Below, piece after piece: positions 27,406 to 36,716 of a stretch of 64,000 bases of DNA (its first letter is position 1; the number at the start of each line of letters is the position of its first letter). The position numbers and the translations under genes are program-made. The stretch is taken from positions 223,381 through 287,380 of the forward strand of contig DDWV01000001.1 of NCBI GenBank assembly GCA_002347045.1, in the 5' to 3' direction. The notes beneath the pieces were generated by a model. The model had not been told where the DNA came from, ran no database searches, and saw only the letters and a list, made by a program, of their open reading frames with translations. This stretch comes from Candidatus Collierbacteria bacterium UBA2277 (GTDB taxonomy: Bacteria > Patescibacteriota > Microgenomatia > UBA1400 > MFAQ01).

Positions 27406-27870
27406 TTAGTTGATATACTTTTGATAGTTGTAGCCATAAAGGGAGATTAGCACCTCTTCAGTATCGTCTTGATTTAATAAAGTAATACCTAGTCGCTTTA
27501 CTACGTTCAATATATTGGGATTAAGACTTTCTGAATTGTTTAAAAGACAGTAGAGTGAGTAATTATTGTCGTCCCCTGCAATCCTATTGCAAGAAACATG
27601 ACCACAGTTTACACAGCGATGAACAATCATAAGCTCACCACTTGTTCTTCCGGTGTATTGATTGACTCTAAGATTTTTAAAAGTTAAACCTAGAGGTATC
27701 ATTCTTGATCCACAAGAAGATTTTCTATCTCCAGGCGTTTTTTGATCTAAATGCCTAGACCACAAACACAAGGGGCAGTGATTTCTATTTTTGGTCCCTA
27801 TGGAAGTATTGGAAACGATGGTGTGACAACTCAGACATCTGAAAGATGCCTGATCCGAGCAAAACCTTTT
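27406..27870 (-). CDS. RNHCP-domain zinc-ribbon protein; no canonical start codon upstream of the conserved motif
   Basis: Stop-to-stop frame translates '...FRCLSCHTIVSNTSIGTKNRNHCPLCLWSRH...HRCVNCGHVSCNRIAGDD'. The first ATG/GTG/TTG is the TTG at 27771, which lies after the RNHCP motif (27772-27786). Confidence 0.5.
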   Translation of the reverse strand, partial: KRFCSDQASFRCLSCHTIVSNTSIGTKNRNHCPLCLWSRHLDQKTPGDRKSSCGSRMIPLGLTFKNLRVNQYTGRTSGELMIVHRCVNCGHVSCNRIAGDDNNYSLYCLLNNSESLNPNILNVVKRLGITLLNQDDTEEVLISLYGYNYQKYIN

Positions 27871-28002
27871 CTATTGTTGTTTTTCAACATCAGAGGAAAT
27901 TTTAACATATATACGGCTTTTGGGCATAATTTGACTGACTAATGTTCCAGCAATCAAGGCATTACTAAACCTCTTTAGCAAAAATCGATTATAGTTATCT
28001 CA

Positions 28003-28878
28003 ATGAGTAGGCGGATACTATTTGGCTTGTTGATTTTAAATATCGCGATGGTGACTGTTGTTTTGGTGATACAAAAGGCCGATAAACCCGTACTACCAAT
28101 TCCTCAAAAAATTTCTCAATCCGTACCGCTGGCTACTCCTACAGAATCGCCGGCTCCAACCCCCATGACTTACCAAACAATAGAGCGATATCTTCAGCCG
28201 ATAATTCCTAATACATCGACATATACGCTGATTTTTATTGGGGATTCGATGACAGAAAGCCTGGGAGAAAACTTTGATGCTTTGAGAGTTAACCTAAAAG
28301 AATACTATCCGGATAAAGTATTTGGTCTATTTAATTACGGTTTTGGCTCAACTAGCATCTTGTCGACCGAGGAAAGACTCAATTTTGAAACAATTTATCA
28401 AGGTAGAACACTTCCGGCGATTCTTGGACGCCAGTTTGACGTTGTTTTGATCGAGTCGTTTGGAAACAATCCTCTTTCTGAGTATCCCTTGGAAGAAGGA
28501 CTCCAAAAACAAACTGCTGCACTTGACTATATGGTTGCAGAGATTGCTGATTCTCACCCTGGGTCTCTTATTGTTTTCGTAGCAACAATTGCCCCATCAC
28601 AAGCGTATTATGGCAAAGGGGTGGTAGATCTTTCTGCTCTAGCAAGAAACAAATGGGCCAACGAAAGGCGTGCGTATATTGAAAACCACATTAACTATGC
28701 AAAAAGGCACAATATCCCTTTAATTAATGTATACGAGAAATCCATAGATGAAAATGGCGTTACACTAATCAAGTATCTTGATGATGGTAACTATATTCAT
28801 CCATCAGCTGCAGGAGTAGATCTCATTAGCCAAACGATAGCTGATTTTTTACATAAGAATCAAATTCTAAAAAATTAA
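28003..28878 (+). CDS. SGNH/GDSL hydrolase family esterase, membrane anchored
   Basis: N-terminal TM helix, block I 'IFIGDSMTE', block V 'DGNYIHPSAAG' (DxxH). Confidence 0.7.
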   Translation: MSRRILFGLLILNIAMVTVVLVIQKADKPVLPIPQKISQSVPLATPTESPAPTPMTYQTIERYLQPIIPNTSTYTLIFIGDSMTESLGENFDALRVNLKEYYPDKVFGLFNYGFGSTSILSTEERLNFETIYQGRTLPAILGRQFDVVLIESFGNNPLSEYPLEEGLQKQTAALDYMVAEIADSHPGSLIVFVATIAPSQAYYGKGVVDLSALARNKWANERRAYIENHINYAKRHNIPLINVYEKSIDENGVTLIKYLDDGNYIHPSAAGVDLISQTIADFLHKNQILKN

Positions 28879-28938
28879 CCCTTTCTAACAAAATCCACGA
28901 CGTTCGGATGTTTTTATCCGGATACATTTATACGTGGT

Positions 28939-29136
28939 TTATTCTGCTTGATTAACGTTTACGTCAATCGTGTCAGGGACATTTATCTGGACACCTTTTT
29001 GTTGCATGTTTTGCACTACAGGAAGTCCGTAAACGTATCCCAAATATCCTAAAATGATGAGAATTACCAAACCAATAATCCAACCTATGGGACTACCCGA
29101 TTTTTCTGCGGGTGGTGTGTTTACAATTGTTGTCAT
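28939..29136 (-). CDS. Small single-TM membrane protein
   Basis: 65 aa with the TM helix 'IGWIIGLVILIILGYLGYVYGL'. Confidence 0.4.
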   Translation of the reverse strand: MTTIVNTPPAEKSGSPIGWIIGLVILIILGYLGYVYGLPVVQNMQQKGVQINVPDTIDVNVNQAE

Positions 29137-29166
29137 TTTTTATTCACCTCCTTTGGTGTTTTTTTG

Positions 29167-29361
29167 TTAAGTGAGAATTCCTAAGCCAAACAGTCCGATG
29201 ACTATCAGATAAAAGGCAATTAGGTAATTTAGAGATTTTGGAAACATTAGAATCAGAATTCCAAAAAGTATCGAGGTCCAGGGACTTAGTGACGCAATAG
29301 AAAAATTCATATATATATTAATTAGTAATTTATCAGCCAAGACCGAGTAGACGGGCTGCAA
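29167..29361 (-). CDS. DUF3096-like small membrane protein (likely start at internal M, 29310)
   Basis: 'ILFGILILMFPKSLNYLIAFYLIVIGLFGL' two-helix hairpin typical of DUF3096. Confidence 0.45.
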   Translation of the reverse strand: MQPVYSVLADKLLINIYMNFSIASLSPWTSILFGILILMFPKSLNYLIAFYLIVIGLFGLGILT

Positions 29362-29476
29362 AAATGACTAGGGCGATAACAAGTAACAGATGAATTAGTT
29401 TTCCACCAAATTTTAGTGAAAATCCTCCCAGCCAAGTAACGATTAAAACTACAATAATGATATCAAGTAAGCTCAT
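29333..29476 (-). CDS. lmo0937-family small membrane protein (47 aa), absent from the supplied ORF track
   Basis: ATG at 29476. Translation MSLLDIIIVVLIVTWLGGFSLKFGGKLIHLLLVIALVIFAARLLGLG. TGA stop at 29333-29335. Confidence 0.5.
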   Translation of the reverse strand: MSLLDIIIVVLIVTWLGGFSLKFGGKLIHLLLVIALVIFAARLLGLG

Positions 29477-29496
29477 ATGTTTTTTTGATTAATAAT

Positions 29497-29892
29497 TTAT
29501 ATTTCTTGCTCTTCTCCAGAGAAGATCCTTACTAACCTCACGATACCCCAAGCAACTACAGCGTAGACAATCAGAGCTACAAAAGTTGAGGGCTCGAAAA
29601 CTGATACTGTTTCAATTCCCTGAGCAACCCCTCTACGAAATATTCCCTCAAAGGGTAAAATAAAGACTCCAGTTAATGCATAGATAAAGCTGACAAAACC
29701 ACTTGTGATGCTAGCTCCCATGAGCTTAAGAACTAGACGAAAAGCCAAAAATATTTCTAATGCTCCTAGAATGTAGTAGATAACATACTCTATTGTTTGA
29801 GAATTAGAGGCCTCTCTTCTTGTTTCGATCTTAATGGCTGAACCACCAACACTCCCTTTTGTGGTTACAGATTTTTTGACTATTTCTGCCAT
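29497..29892 (-). CDS. YggT family membrane protein
   Basis: 'YILGALEIFLAFRLVLKLMG' YGGT-type repeat. It lies downstream of ftsZ, as in Gram-positive ylm clusters. Confidence 0.5.
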   Translation of the reverse strand: MAEIVKKSVTTKGSVGGSAIKIETRREASNSQTIEYVIYYILGALEIFLAFRLVLKLMGASITSGFVSFIYALTGVFILPFEGIFRRGVAQGIETVSVFEPSTFVALIVYAVVAWGIVRLVRIFSGEEQEI

Positions 29893-30155
29893 ATTCTTTT
29901 TATTTTATTTTTTACTCCTTTAACGACACCTACAGTGTTTTCTGTTTTATCTTTCCCTTCGGCAATTTTTTCTTCGACCATTTCCTTTTCACTCTCAATA
30001 TAGTCGGTTACTTTGTCCCTTGCATTATTATAGGCTTTTTTTATCTTCTCTTGATTATCTTTGTTACTTAAGAGTACTGCACCAGCACCTACCGCTGCAC
30101 CTACTACAGCTGCTGCGACAGGACAAGCTCCTTTTTTTAGTTTTGATTTTTTCAT
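29880..30155 (-). CDS. Small membrane-anchored coiled-coil protein (YtxH-like)
   Basis: N-terminal Gly/Ala-rich TM 'AAAVVGAAVGAGAVLL' followed by a Lys/Glu-rich helix. Confidence 0.4.
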   Translation of the reverse strand: MKKSKLKKGACPVAAAVVGAAVGAGAVLLSNKDNQEKIKKAYNNARDKVTDYIESEKEMVEEKIAEGKDKTENTVGVVKGVKNKIKRIWQK

Positions 30156-30199
30156 ACTGCATGTTGTTAATAATATTACAGTTTAAGTATAGCAAATTA

Positions 30200-30670
30200 T
30201 TATATTTTGGCAATCAACCTGTCTTTTAAAATCTCGTCAATTAAAAATAGTTGATTTTTACGAATCAAGGGAAGGTTGTCTTGAGTGAAAAAACTAAAAT
30301 CCGTGACCTCATGAGTTGGTTGGAAATCTCCACCGATTAAGGTACCGGAGTAACAGATATCCAGACGTGCCGAACTACGATCAGTTCGAGTTTTTATTAG
30401 ATCGTCCACACTAACCACCAAGCCTGACTCCTCCTTGATTTCTCTTTCCAGAGCCTCTCGGGGATGTTCACCTGAACTGATGTAGCCACCAGGCAAACTC
30501 CAGGAATGTGAACGGTAACTGTGTTTAAAAAGAAGGAATTCGTTTTTGTCGTTAAAAATTACTCCGGTAACACCGACAAGAAACTGATCTTGGACGATGC
30601 GCATTATAAAAAGCTGAACTCCTTTAGGAAGGTGAAGTAGTTTCCAGATCTTGGCGAGAAGTGTTTTCAA
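30200..30670 (-). CDS. NUDIX hydrolase
   Basis: Nudix box 'GGYISSGEHPREALEREIKEESGL'. Confidence 0.8.
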   Translation of the reverse strand: MKTLLAKIWKLLHLPKGVQLFIMRIVQDQFLVGVTGVIFNDKNEFLLFKHSYRSHSWSLPGGYISSGEHPREALEREIKEESGLVVSVDDLIKTRTDRSSARLDICYSGTLIGGDFQPTHEVTDFSFFTQDNLPLIRKNQLFLIDEILKDRLIAKI

Positions 30671-31011
30671 AGTAATTTTGAGTCTTCCGGCTCGCTTATC
30701 GGACTGTGTTTTTGTTTTTCGTTTTCCAACTCCAGCTGATGAATTCTTTTGGTTAGTTCAAGAACTTCGTCTTTGTAAACTTTGATCTCTTTTTCTTTTC
30801 CCCTGAGAGTCAAGGCGATTGAGATGGAGTTTACCAAGTAGATGATATAAGACAGTATAAGTCCTATAACTAATGAACCGACAATGACATAAAACAGAGG
30901 AATTTCCGTATAGGTGATAATTCCTAGATTAAGTGAAACTGGAACAAAGTTAAATTTCGACAAGTAAACAAGTATCGAACCAACAACCAAAAGCAAAATT
31001 AAAGTTAACAT
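30667..31011 (-). CDS. LapA-domain (DUF1049) membrane protein with C-terminal coiled coil
   Basis: Two TM helices followed by 'EVLELTKRIHQLELENEKQK'. Confidence 0.5.
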   Translation of the reverse strand: MLTLILLLVVGSILVYLSKFNFVPVSLNLGIITYTEIPLFYVIVGSLVIGLILSYIIYLVNSISIALTLRGKEKEIKVYKDEVLELTKRIHQLELENEKQKHSPISEPEDSKLL

Positions 31012-31070
31012 GATATCCTATAAAATACTGATAGACTCAGTATACTCTATTTTTCAAGTTCTTGCAGAAA

Positions 31071-31322
31071 TTACTTTTCTACCTCTACGGCGATGGTGCA
31101 CTCGCCTATTAGGGCGGCCATGGCTCCAATGGCGGCGAAAACGGGCAGAAGGGCTGTGGCCACAACACCCATGGTAAGAGGAAACTCCACAATTACTTTA
31201 TCGTTTTTGTCTTTTATGGTTATGTGACGAACATTACCTTTGGCAATTAACTCTTTGACTGTTTTTAGTAGTGACTCTCCAGACACTTTGAAGGTTTCTT
31301 CTTTTATTGCTTTTTTGGCCAT
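31071..31322 (-). CDS. DUF4342 domain protein
   Basis: 'KVSGESLLKTVKELIAKGNVRHITIKDKNDKVIVEFPLTMGVVATALLPVFAAIGAMAALIGECTIAVE' matches the DUF4342 pattern. Confidence 0.6.
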   Translation of the reverse strand: MAKKAIKEETFKVSGESLLKTVKELIAKGNVRHITIKDKNDKVIVEFPLTMGVVATALLPVFAAIGAMAALIGECTIAVEVEK

Positions 31323-31328
31323 ATACTT

Positions 31329-32498
31329 TTAATATTTGTTCCGTAAGAAGGCAGGAATATCTAGATCATCTTCTATATCAACCTCGTTGTGGTGCACTTT
31401 GTACTTACCGGCAAGTTTGGCTTTGGAAGCGGGCTCTTCTTCTTTGGGAGTTTCTTCTTTTGGCTCGGGGCCTGGTATGGGAGGTGTGGGCTGGCTAATG
31501 TATGGATTTGGGGCTGAGATCCCGCCAAACTGACGTCTATTTTCATCAAATCCAGCAGCAATAACGGAGATTTGTATCTCGTCTCCCAAGTCCTCTCGAA
31601 TGGTGGTGCCAAAGATAATATTGGCATCAGCATCGGCTGACTGTGTAATGATTGCGGAGGCCTCATTGATTTCTGTAAGCGTAAGATTTTTGCTACCGGC
31701 AATGTTATATAGAATTCCCCGAGCACCCTCGATGCTGATTTCGAGTAGTGGTGAGCTAACAGCTGCGTTGGCCGCGATAATTGCTCTTTTTTCTCCCTTA
31801 GCTTTACCAACTCCCATCAAAGCTGAGCCGGCATTGATCATGACGGACTTAACATCAGCAAAATCAACGTTGACCAGGCCTGGAATGGTAATGAGATCAG
31901 AGATGCTTTGCACACCCTGACCAAGTACTGAGTCCGCCATACCAAAAGCGTCAAGAAGAGTTTGTTCTTTCTTCGAGACGTCCATGAGGCGCTGATTTGG
32001 AATAATAATCAAAGTATCAACCTGGTCTTTGAGCTTCTCAATACCTTCTTCCGCTTGAACTCGCCTGCGGGCTCCCTCAAAAAGAAAAGGCTTGGTGACA
32101 ACGGCCACAGTAAGAGCACCAACGTCGTTTTTGGAAATATCTGCAATTACAGGGGCGGCTCCGGTACCAGTACCTCCTCCTTCTCCAGCAGTGATAAAAA
32201 CCATATCAGCACCGACCAGAACCTCTTTAATTTTCTCGCGAGATTCTTCGGCAGCCAACTGACCTATCTCTGGATTGGAACCCGACCCAAGACCTTTAGT
32301 TCCCTTCTCACCTATCTGAAGTTTGATGTCTGCATTCGAGTTTATGAGCGCCTGCATGTCAGTATTTATGGCAATAAACTCAACACCTTTTATCTTGCCA
32401 GATGAAATCATAGAGTTGACGGCGTTGTTTCCTCCTCCTCCAACACCCAAAACTTTTATCTTGGCAAATGTATTTGTATCTGGTTTTACGAGACCCAC
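31329..32498 (-). CDS. ftsZ: Cell division GTPase FtsZ
   Basis: '[13 protein letters not shown]' tubulin signature, T7 loop, C-terminal linker and tail. Confidence 0.95.
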   Translation of the reverse strand: MGLVKPDTNTFAKIKVLGVGGGGNNAVNSMISSGKIKGVEFIAINTDMQALINSNADIKLQIGEKGTKGLGSGSNPEIGQLAAEESREKIKEVLVGADMVFITAGEGGGTGTGAAPVIADISKNDVGALTVAVVTKPFLFEGARRRVQAEEGIEKLKDQVDTLIIIPNQRLMDVSKKEQTLLDAFGMADSVLGQGVQSISDLITIPGLVNVDFADVKSVMINAGSALMGVGKAKGEKRAIIAANAAVSSPLLEISIEGARGILYNIAGSKNLTLTEINEASAIITQSADADANIIFGTTIREDLGDEIQISVIAAGFDENRRQFGGISAPNPYISQPTPPIPGPEPKEETPKEEEPASKAKLAGKYKVHHNEVDIEDDLDIPAFLRNKY

Positions 32499-32499
32499 T

Positions 32500-33768
32500 T
32501 TATGGTAAGAATGATTTGATAAATTTGATTATTTTACTGACAATTTGTTTGCCAGGAATCCCCTTTATCATACCAGACAGATTTAGTCCCGACTGAGAAG
32601 ATTGGTCTTTGTGGCGATAGCCATACAAAGCGAGACCAACTGAAGTGGCATAGACAGGAGAGTTTATTTCATCAGTGAGACCATGGAGTCCTGTTGGGAC
32701 CCCTATCTTGGCTGGAAGTTGCATGACTCTTCGACAGCTCTCGGTACAGTTTACAGTAAGAGCTCCACCTCCAGTGATAATAACCCCGGCAGGTGTTTGA
32801 CCTTGGAAACCTGACTGCTTTATGACGTTGTTGACCATGGCAAAAATCTCATTGAGGCGAGGCCTGATGATACCCTCGACAATTGTTTTTCGAGAAACCT
32901 TTTTTACGTCTTCACTGATACCTAGCTTGAGTAAATCAATTTCGTCACTGGCTTTTGGGTCGGTTGGATTTGGCTTTTCTTTGCCAAGAATGTGTTTGAT
33001 TTTCTCTGCACTATCAACGCTTATCTGAAGACCGATGGCGATGTCATCGCTGATTTTTTTGGCTCCAACAGGAATTACTGCTGAGTAGACACAAGAACCT
33101 TCAACATAGACACAGACACTTGTGGTGCCACCTCCAATGTCAATGAGGATAACTCCAAGCTCTTTGTCTGTTTCGGTGAGAACTGACTCAGCTGAAGCTA
33201 GACCGGTAAAAACTAACCCTGAAACATTAGCTCCCAGCTCACTAACACACCTAGTAACATTTTTTATGGCCGGAGACAAACCTGTGATGAGATGAGCTTC
33301 GGTCTCAAGACGGACACCTGACATGCCTGTAGGATCTTTTATTCCGTGTTGACCATCGACAATGAATTCACATGGCAAAACGTGAATAATTTCTCGAGAA
33401 GTTGGTAACGAAATTGCCCTTGCAGCCTCAATGACACGATAAACGTCATCGGGACTGATTTCATTTTCTGTTTCGGTAATGGCGACTAAACCTTGTGAGT
33501 TTTGGGATTGAATATTTTCTCCTGAGATGGATACATATGCCGAGTCAACTCCAAATCCAGCCATTCTTTCAGCGGACTCGACGCAGTCGGTGATAGAGCT
33601 AACACACTCCTCAATATTTACAATCTGACCACGACGAACACCTCTACTGGTGACTGTGGCAGCTCCAACTAGGTTTATTTTTGTGTTGTCCTGATTAGGG
33701 ATGGTAATCAAGCAAGTAATCTTGCTCGATCCTATGTCTATTGCATTTACGCCTTGTGGTTTTGCCAT
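32500..33768 (-). CDS. ftsA: Cell division protein FtsA
   Basis: Actin-fold '[13 protein letters not shown]' and '[15 protein letters not shown]' motifs. It is adjacent to ftsZ. Confidence 0.9.
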   Translation of the reverse strand: MAKPQGVNAIDIGSSKITCLITIPNQDNTKINLVGAATVTSRGVRRGQIVNIEECVSSITDCVESAERMAGFGVDSAYVSISGENIQSQNSQGLVAITETENEISPDDVYRVIEAARAISLPTSREIIHVLPCEFIVDGQHGIKDPTGMSGVRLETEAHLITGLSPAIKNVTRCVSELGANVSGLVFTGLASAESVLTETDKELGVILIDIGGGTTSVCVYVEGSCVYSAVIPVGAKKISDDIAIGLQISVDSAEKIKHILGKEKPNPTDPKASDEIDLLKLGISEDVKKVSRKTIVEGIIRPRLNEIFAMVNNVIKQSGFQGQTPAGVIITGGGALTVNCTESCRRVMQLPAKIGVPTGLHGLTDEINSPVYATSVGLALYGYRHKDQSSQSGLNLSGMIKGIPGKQIVSKIIKFIKSFLP

Positions 33769-33772
33769 ATGT

Positions 33773-34612
33773 TTATCTTATGATCGGATTCTTAAAACTT
33801 AAGTCGATCACTTTTGTGTCCTTTTTTATTGTAACGAGGTAGCTTAATGATTGTAAAGCGTGGGTTATACCTTCCTCATTAAAAGGTACAAGAATAATGA
33901 TATCAGGTTGCCCCTGCTGACTCAAGAAAAAACGCTTATTGATAATGAATATTTGAGAATAATCGGTGTATTTACTTACTAGTTTTAAAAGCTGATAGAT
34001 TTCGGAGATTGTTTCGGCTTCTGGCTTCTGGGAAAAAATATATTTTATCGGAGAACTCTCGGTGGAAGTTGAGATCATGTTTCCGTTGCTAAAGATATTG
34101 AAACTTAAAGAAGACTTGGATGATAAGAACTCTTCGAGTTCGGTACTAGGTTTTGTCCACCACGCTGCAGAGTCTGTGGTGCTTGGCGCTTGATCGATAG
34201 AAAGTACAGGTAAATCATTTACTAGATATACTTCAGCGAGAACTGAAGACTGTGCTTCTTGTAGTTTTACTTGAAGGGTATTTATTTTTTTGAAATATAT
34301 GCGAACCTCTTTGACTGGAAAAATTGATCTTATGTTTTTTTCTACTTCTTTTTGGTTGATGAACATTGAGTTTGAGCCTACTAACTTGTCAAGAACATTA
34401 AGCACTTCACCCGGGCAGGTATCACCGTCAGCAACACAGTCAACCTTGTGAATGATAAATAAACTGTTTGCATAAAGAAGAAGAGCAGCGATGAATATAA
34501 AGGGAAGAGATCTAAATGCCCAATGCTTTGCCTGATCATAGGTTAAGCGAGCACGACGATTAAATCGTTTTGAGGGTGTCACGAATGATCTGGATGATCT
34601 TTTCTGAAGCAT
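33773..34612 (-). CDS. ftsQ: FtsQ/DivIB-like cell division protein (POTRA domain)
   Basis: Single TM helix followed by a POTRA-like region. Position between murG and ftsA. Confidence 0.55.
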   Translation of the reverse strand: MLQKRSSRSFVTPSKRFNRRARLTYDQAKHWAFRSLPFIFIAALLLYANSLFIIHKVDCVADGDTCPGEVLNVLDKLVGSNSMFINQKEVEKNIRSIFPVKEVRIYFKKINTLQVKLQEAQSSVLAEVYLVNDLPVLSIDQAPSTTDSAAWWTKPSTELEEFLSSKSSLSFNIFSNGNMISTSTESSPIKYIFSQKPEAETISEIYQLLKLVSKYTDYSQIFIINKRFFLSQQGQPDIIILVPFNEEGITHALQSLSYLVTIKKDTKVIDLSFKNPIIR

Positions 34613-35639
34613 TGGTCACTAATTTAATAGTTGGCTTAACAGCCGGTTTTCTTACTAAGTTCATAATAGACTCTTTTAGCACGTCTGGATTGAGATCCCT
34701 TTCTTCCAAAACAACACTTCCGATTTCTTTTTGGGCCAGTGTGGCATTGAGGAGCTGTTCGTTGTGGGAAACCCAGGGAATGGGGATCAAAATTGCCTTC
34801 TTTTTGAGTGCAACTAACTCATATACGGAGTGAGCACCTGCACGTCCGATAATTATACTTGCGGAACGAATGTATGTAGCGGCTTCTTCGTCAAAAAAAT
34901 ATGGTGCAAAGATATACCTATCTTTATAATCTCCGAGTTTGTCTTTGATTCTTCTGGCTCGATCTAGGTCTCTTGTTTGGGTATTTGATCCTGTTTGATG
35001 CACTACTGTGAATCTCTTGGTGAGCTCTGGAATTATGGGAAAGACGGCTTCATTTATGACATGCGAACCCTGTTTTCCACACGATATATATATTAATTTT
35101 GGCTCAAATTTTTTTGAGTATTTTTTACTTAAGAGTTTTTTTCTTATTGGTAGACCGACGACGACAGACTTATTTGGGGGAAAGTTTGGTAAAGATGAAG
35201 TGTATGTTAGAAGAATCTTCTTTACGAATGGGGACACTGCTTTGTTGGCCCAACCTGCAACCACAGTTTGCTCGTGAGTGATAGATGGAATACCAAGAAA
35301 CCAGCCAACTATAACAACAGGAACAGATAGATAACCGCCAGATGAAAATATTAGACTGGGACGATACTTAACAAGATACAAAAATGATTGCAAAAAGCCA
35401 AAAATAATTTTAAACCACTCAATTATGGAAAATTTGTTGTAAAACTTTCCTGCCTTTAGTTCTAAAAATTTTATCCCTGAACGAGTAATTTCTTGATACT
35501 CTGCAGATAAGGATTTATCACCCCTTGAGGCAAATTTATGGCCAATCCAAATAACTTCAAAACCTTCTTTTCTTAGATCTTTGGCCACCTCAAGTGCACT
35601 ATTGTGATGTCCCCCTGTGAATGCAATTAATTGTTTCAT
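34560..35639 (-). CDS. murG: Undecaprenyldiphospho-muramoylpentapeptide beta-N-acetylglucosaminyltransferase MurG
   Basis: 'IAFTGGHHNSALEVAKDL' N-terminal G-loop, GT28 fold and dcw context. Confidence 0.85.
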   Translation of the reverse strand: MKQLIAFTGGHHNSALEVAKDLRKEGFEVIWIGHKFASRGDKSLSAEYQEITRSGIKFLELKAGKFYNKFSIIEWFKIIFGFLQSFLYLVKYRPSLIFSSGGYLSVPVVIVGWFLGIPSITHEQTVVAGWANKAVSPFVKKILLTYTSSLPNFPPNKSVVVGLPIRKKLLSKKYSKKFEPKLIYISCGKQGSHVINEAVFPIIPELTKRFTVVHQTGSNTQTRDLDRARRIKDKLGDYKDRYIFAPYFFDEEAATYIRSASIIIGRAGAHSVYELVALKKKAILIPIPWVSHNEQLLNATLAQKEIGSVVLEERDLNPDVLKESIMNLVRKPAVKPTIKLVTNASEKIIQIIRDTLKTI

Positions 35640-36715
35640 GTCCTTTTTGCTATGTTTATTAGAAGTCCTAAGGCGATAAAGTTTGTGACTAAAGATGATC
35701 CTCCGTAAGATATAAAAGGTAGAGGAACTCCTGTTAGCGGAACTAAGGCAACCATAGAACTTAGATTAACAAAGATCTGAATTAAAAATAATAATGAGAT
35801 ACTGCTTGATAGTAGCTTATCAAATTTATCGTTAACATTCAGAGCAACTTTGAAAGATGCAACCAATAGAGAAAGAAGCACCCCAATAAGTAAAGAGGCT
35901 CCTAAGAATCCAAACTCTTCGGCAATAATGGCAAAAATTGAGTCTGTAGTTGCCTCGGGAAGATAGGCATATTTCTGTCTTGACCGTCCAAGTCCAACTC
36001 CCCCAAAGCCACCTGATCCGAGACTATAAAGCACTTGGTTGATGTGATATGAAGCTCCGAGAGGGTCATTTGTAGGATCCATAAAAGTCTTTAGTCGGTC
36101 CATACGATAAGGAGAGAGCAGTATCAACAAACTAATAGCAACCAACAAAATGGCACTAAAGGAAAAAATTACTTTGATTGGTGCCCCAGAAAGATAGTAA
36201 GTCATAAAAGCCATACCAATAACAATAAGGGCTGTACCTAAGTCTGGCTGGAGCATTATCAAAATCAAATTTACAGATAAAAGGGCGAGGAACTGCTTAA
36301 GATCTCTTTCTGACTCAAGCCATTTTGCCAGATATATTGCAAGAGAAACCTTTAGTAGTTCAGACGGCTGAAGCACCATAAAGCCAAGATTTATCCAGCG
36401 CCTTGCTCCAAGAAGTTTTGAGCCTATACCAGGAATGAGAACTAAAACCATAAGTATTAGAGTAAAACCATAAAAGATATGAGCATTGTCTTTTAGAAAC
36501 CGTATAGGAATAACAGAGGTGATTAATGCAACGGCAACACCAATGCAAATCCAGGTTGACTGCTGTTTGACATAGTGAAACTTGTCCCCAAAGGTTCTAA
36601 ATGCGTCTACTACAGATGCATCGTAGATTGCGATGAGACCAAAACAAGCAACAAGAATACCAACAACAAGTATGGCAAGGGGAAGACGTCTATGACGACC
36701 TTTGGAGCGTAACAT
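35636..36715 (-). CDS. ftsW: SEDS family FtsW
   Basis: 'SGGFGGVGLGRSRQKYAYLPEATTDSIFAIIAEEFGFLG'. Confidence 0.85.
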   Translation of the reverse strand: MLRSKGRHRRLPLAILVVGILVACFGLIAIYDASVVDAFRTFGDKFHYVKQQSTWICIGVAVALITSVIPIRFLKDNAHIFYGFTLILMVLVLIPGIGSKLLGARRWINLGFMVLQPSELLKVSLAIYLAKWLESERDLKQFLALLSVNLILIMLQPDLGTALIVIGMAFMTYYLSGAPIKVIFSFSAILLVAISLLILLSPYRMDRLKTFMDPTNDPLGASYHINQVLYSLGSGGFGGVGLGRSRQKYAYLPEATTDSIFAIIAEEFGFLGASLLIGVLLSLLVASFKVALNVNDKFDKLLSSSISLLFLIQIFVNLSSMVALVPLTGVPLPFISYGGSSLVTNFIALGLLINIAKRT

Positions 36716-36716
36716 G

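Noticed and set aside
27751-27942. 63-aa plus-strand ORF upstream of the annotated RNHCP ORF
   Set aside because: It is antisense to the region that, on the minus strand, encodes the conserved CxxC...RNHCP motif. The minus-strand reading is the meaningful one.
28879-28938. Short hairpin CGGAT-GTTTTT-ATCCG between convergent genes
   Set aside because: The stem is only 5 bp with a weak downstream T-run. It is not convincing as a terminator.
31373-32405. Three ORFs (31373-31810 minus, 31600-31920 plus, 31962-32405 plus) inside or antisense to ftsZ
   Set aside because: They overlap an unambiguous, highly conserved ftsZ reading frame. Their low-complexity Pro/Ser/Leu composition is typical of frame-shadow ORFs.
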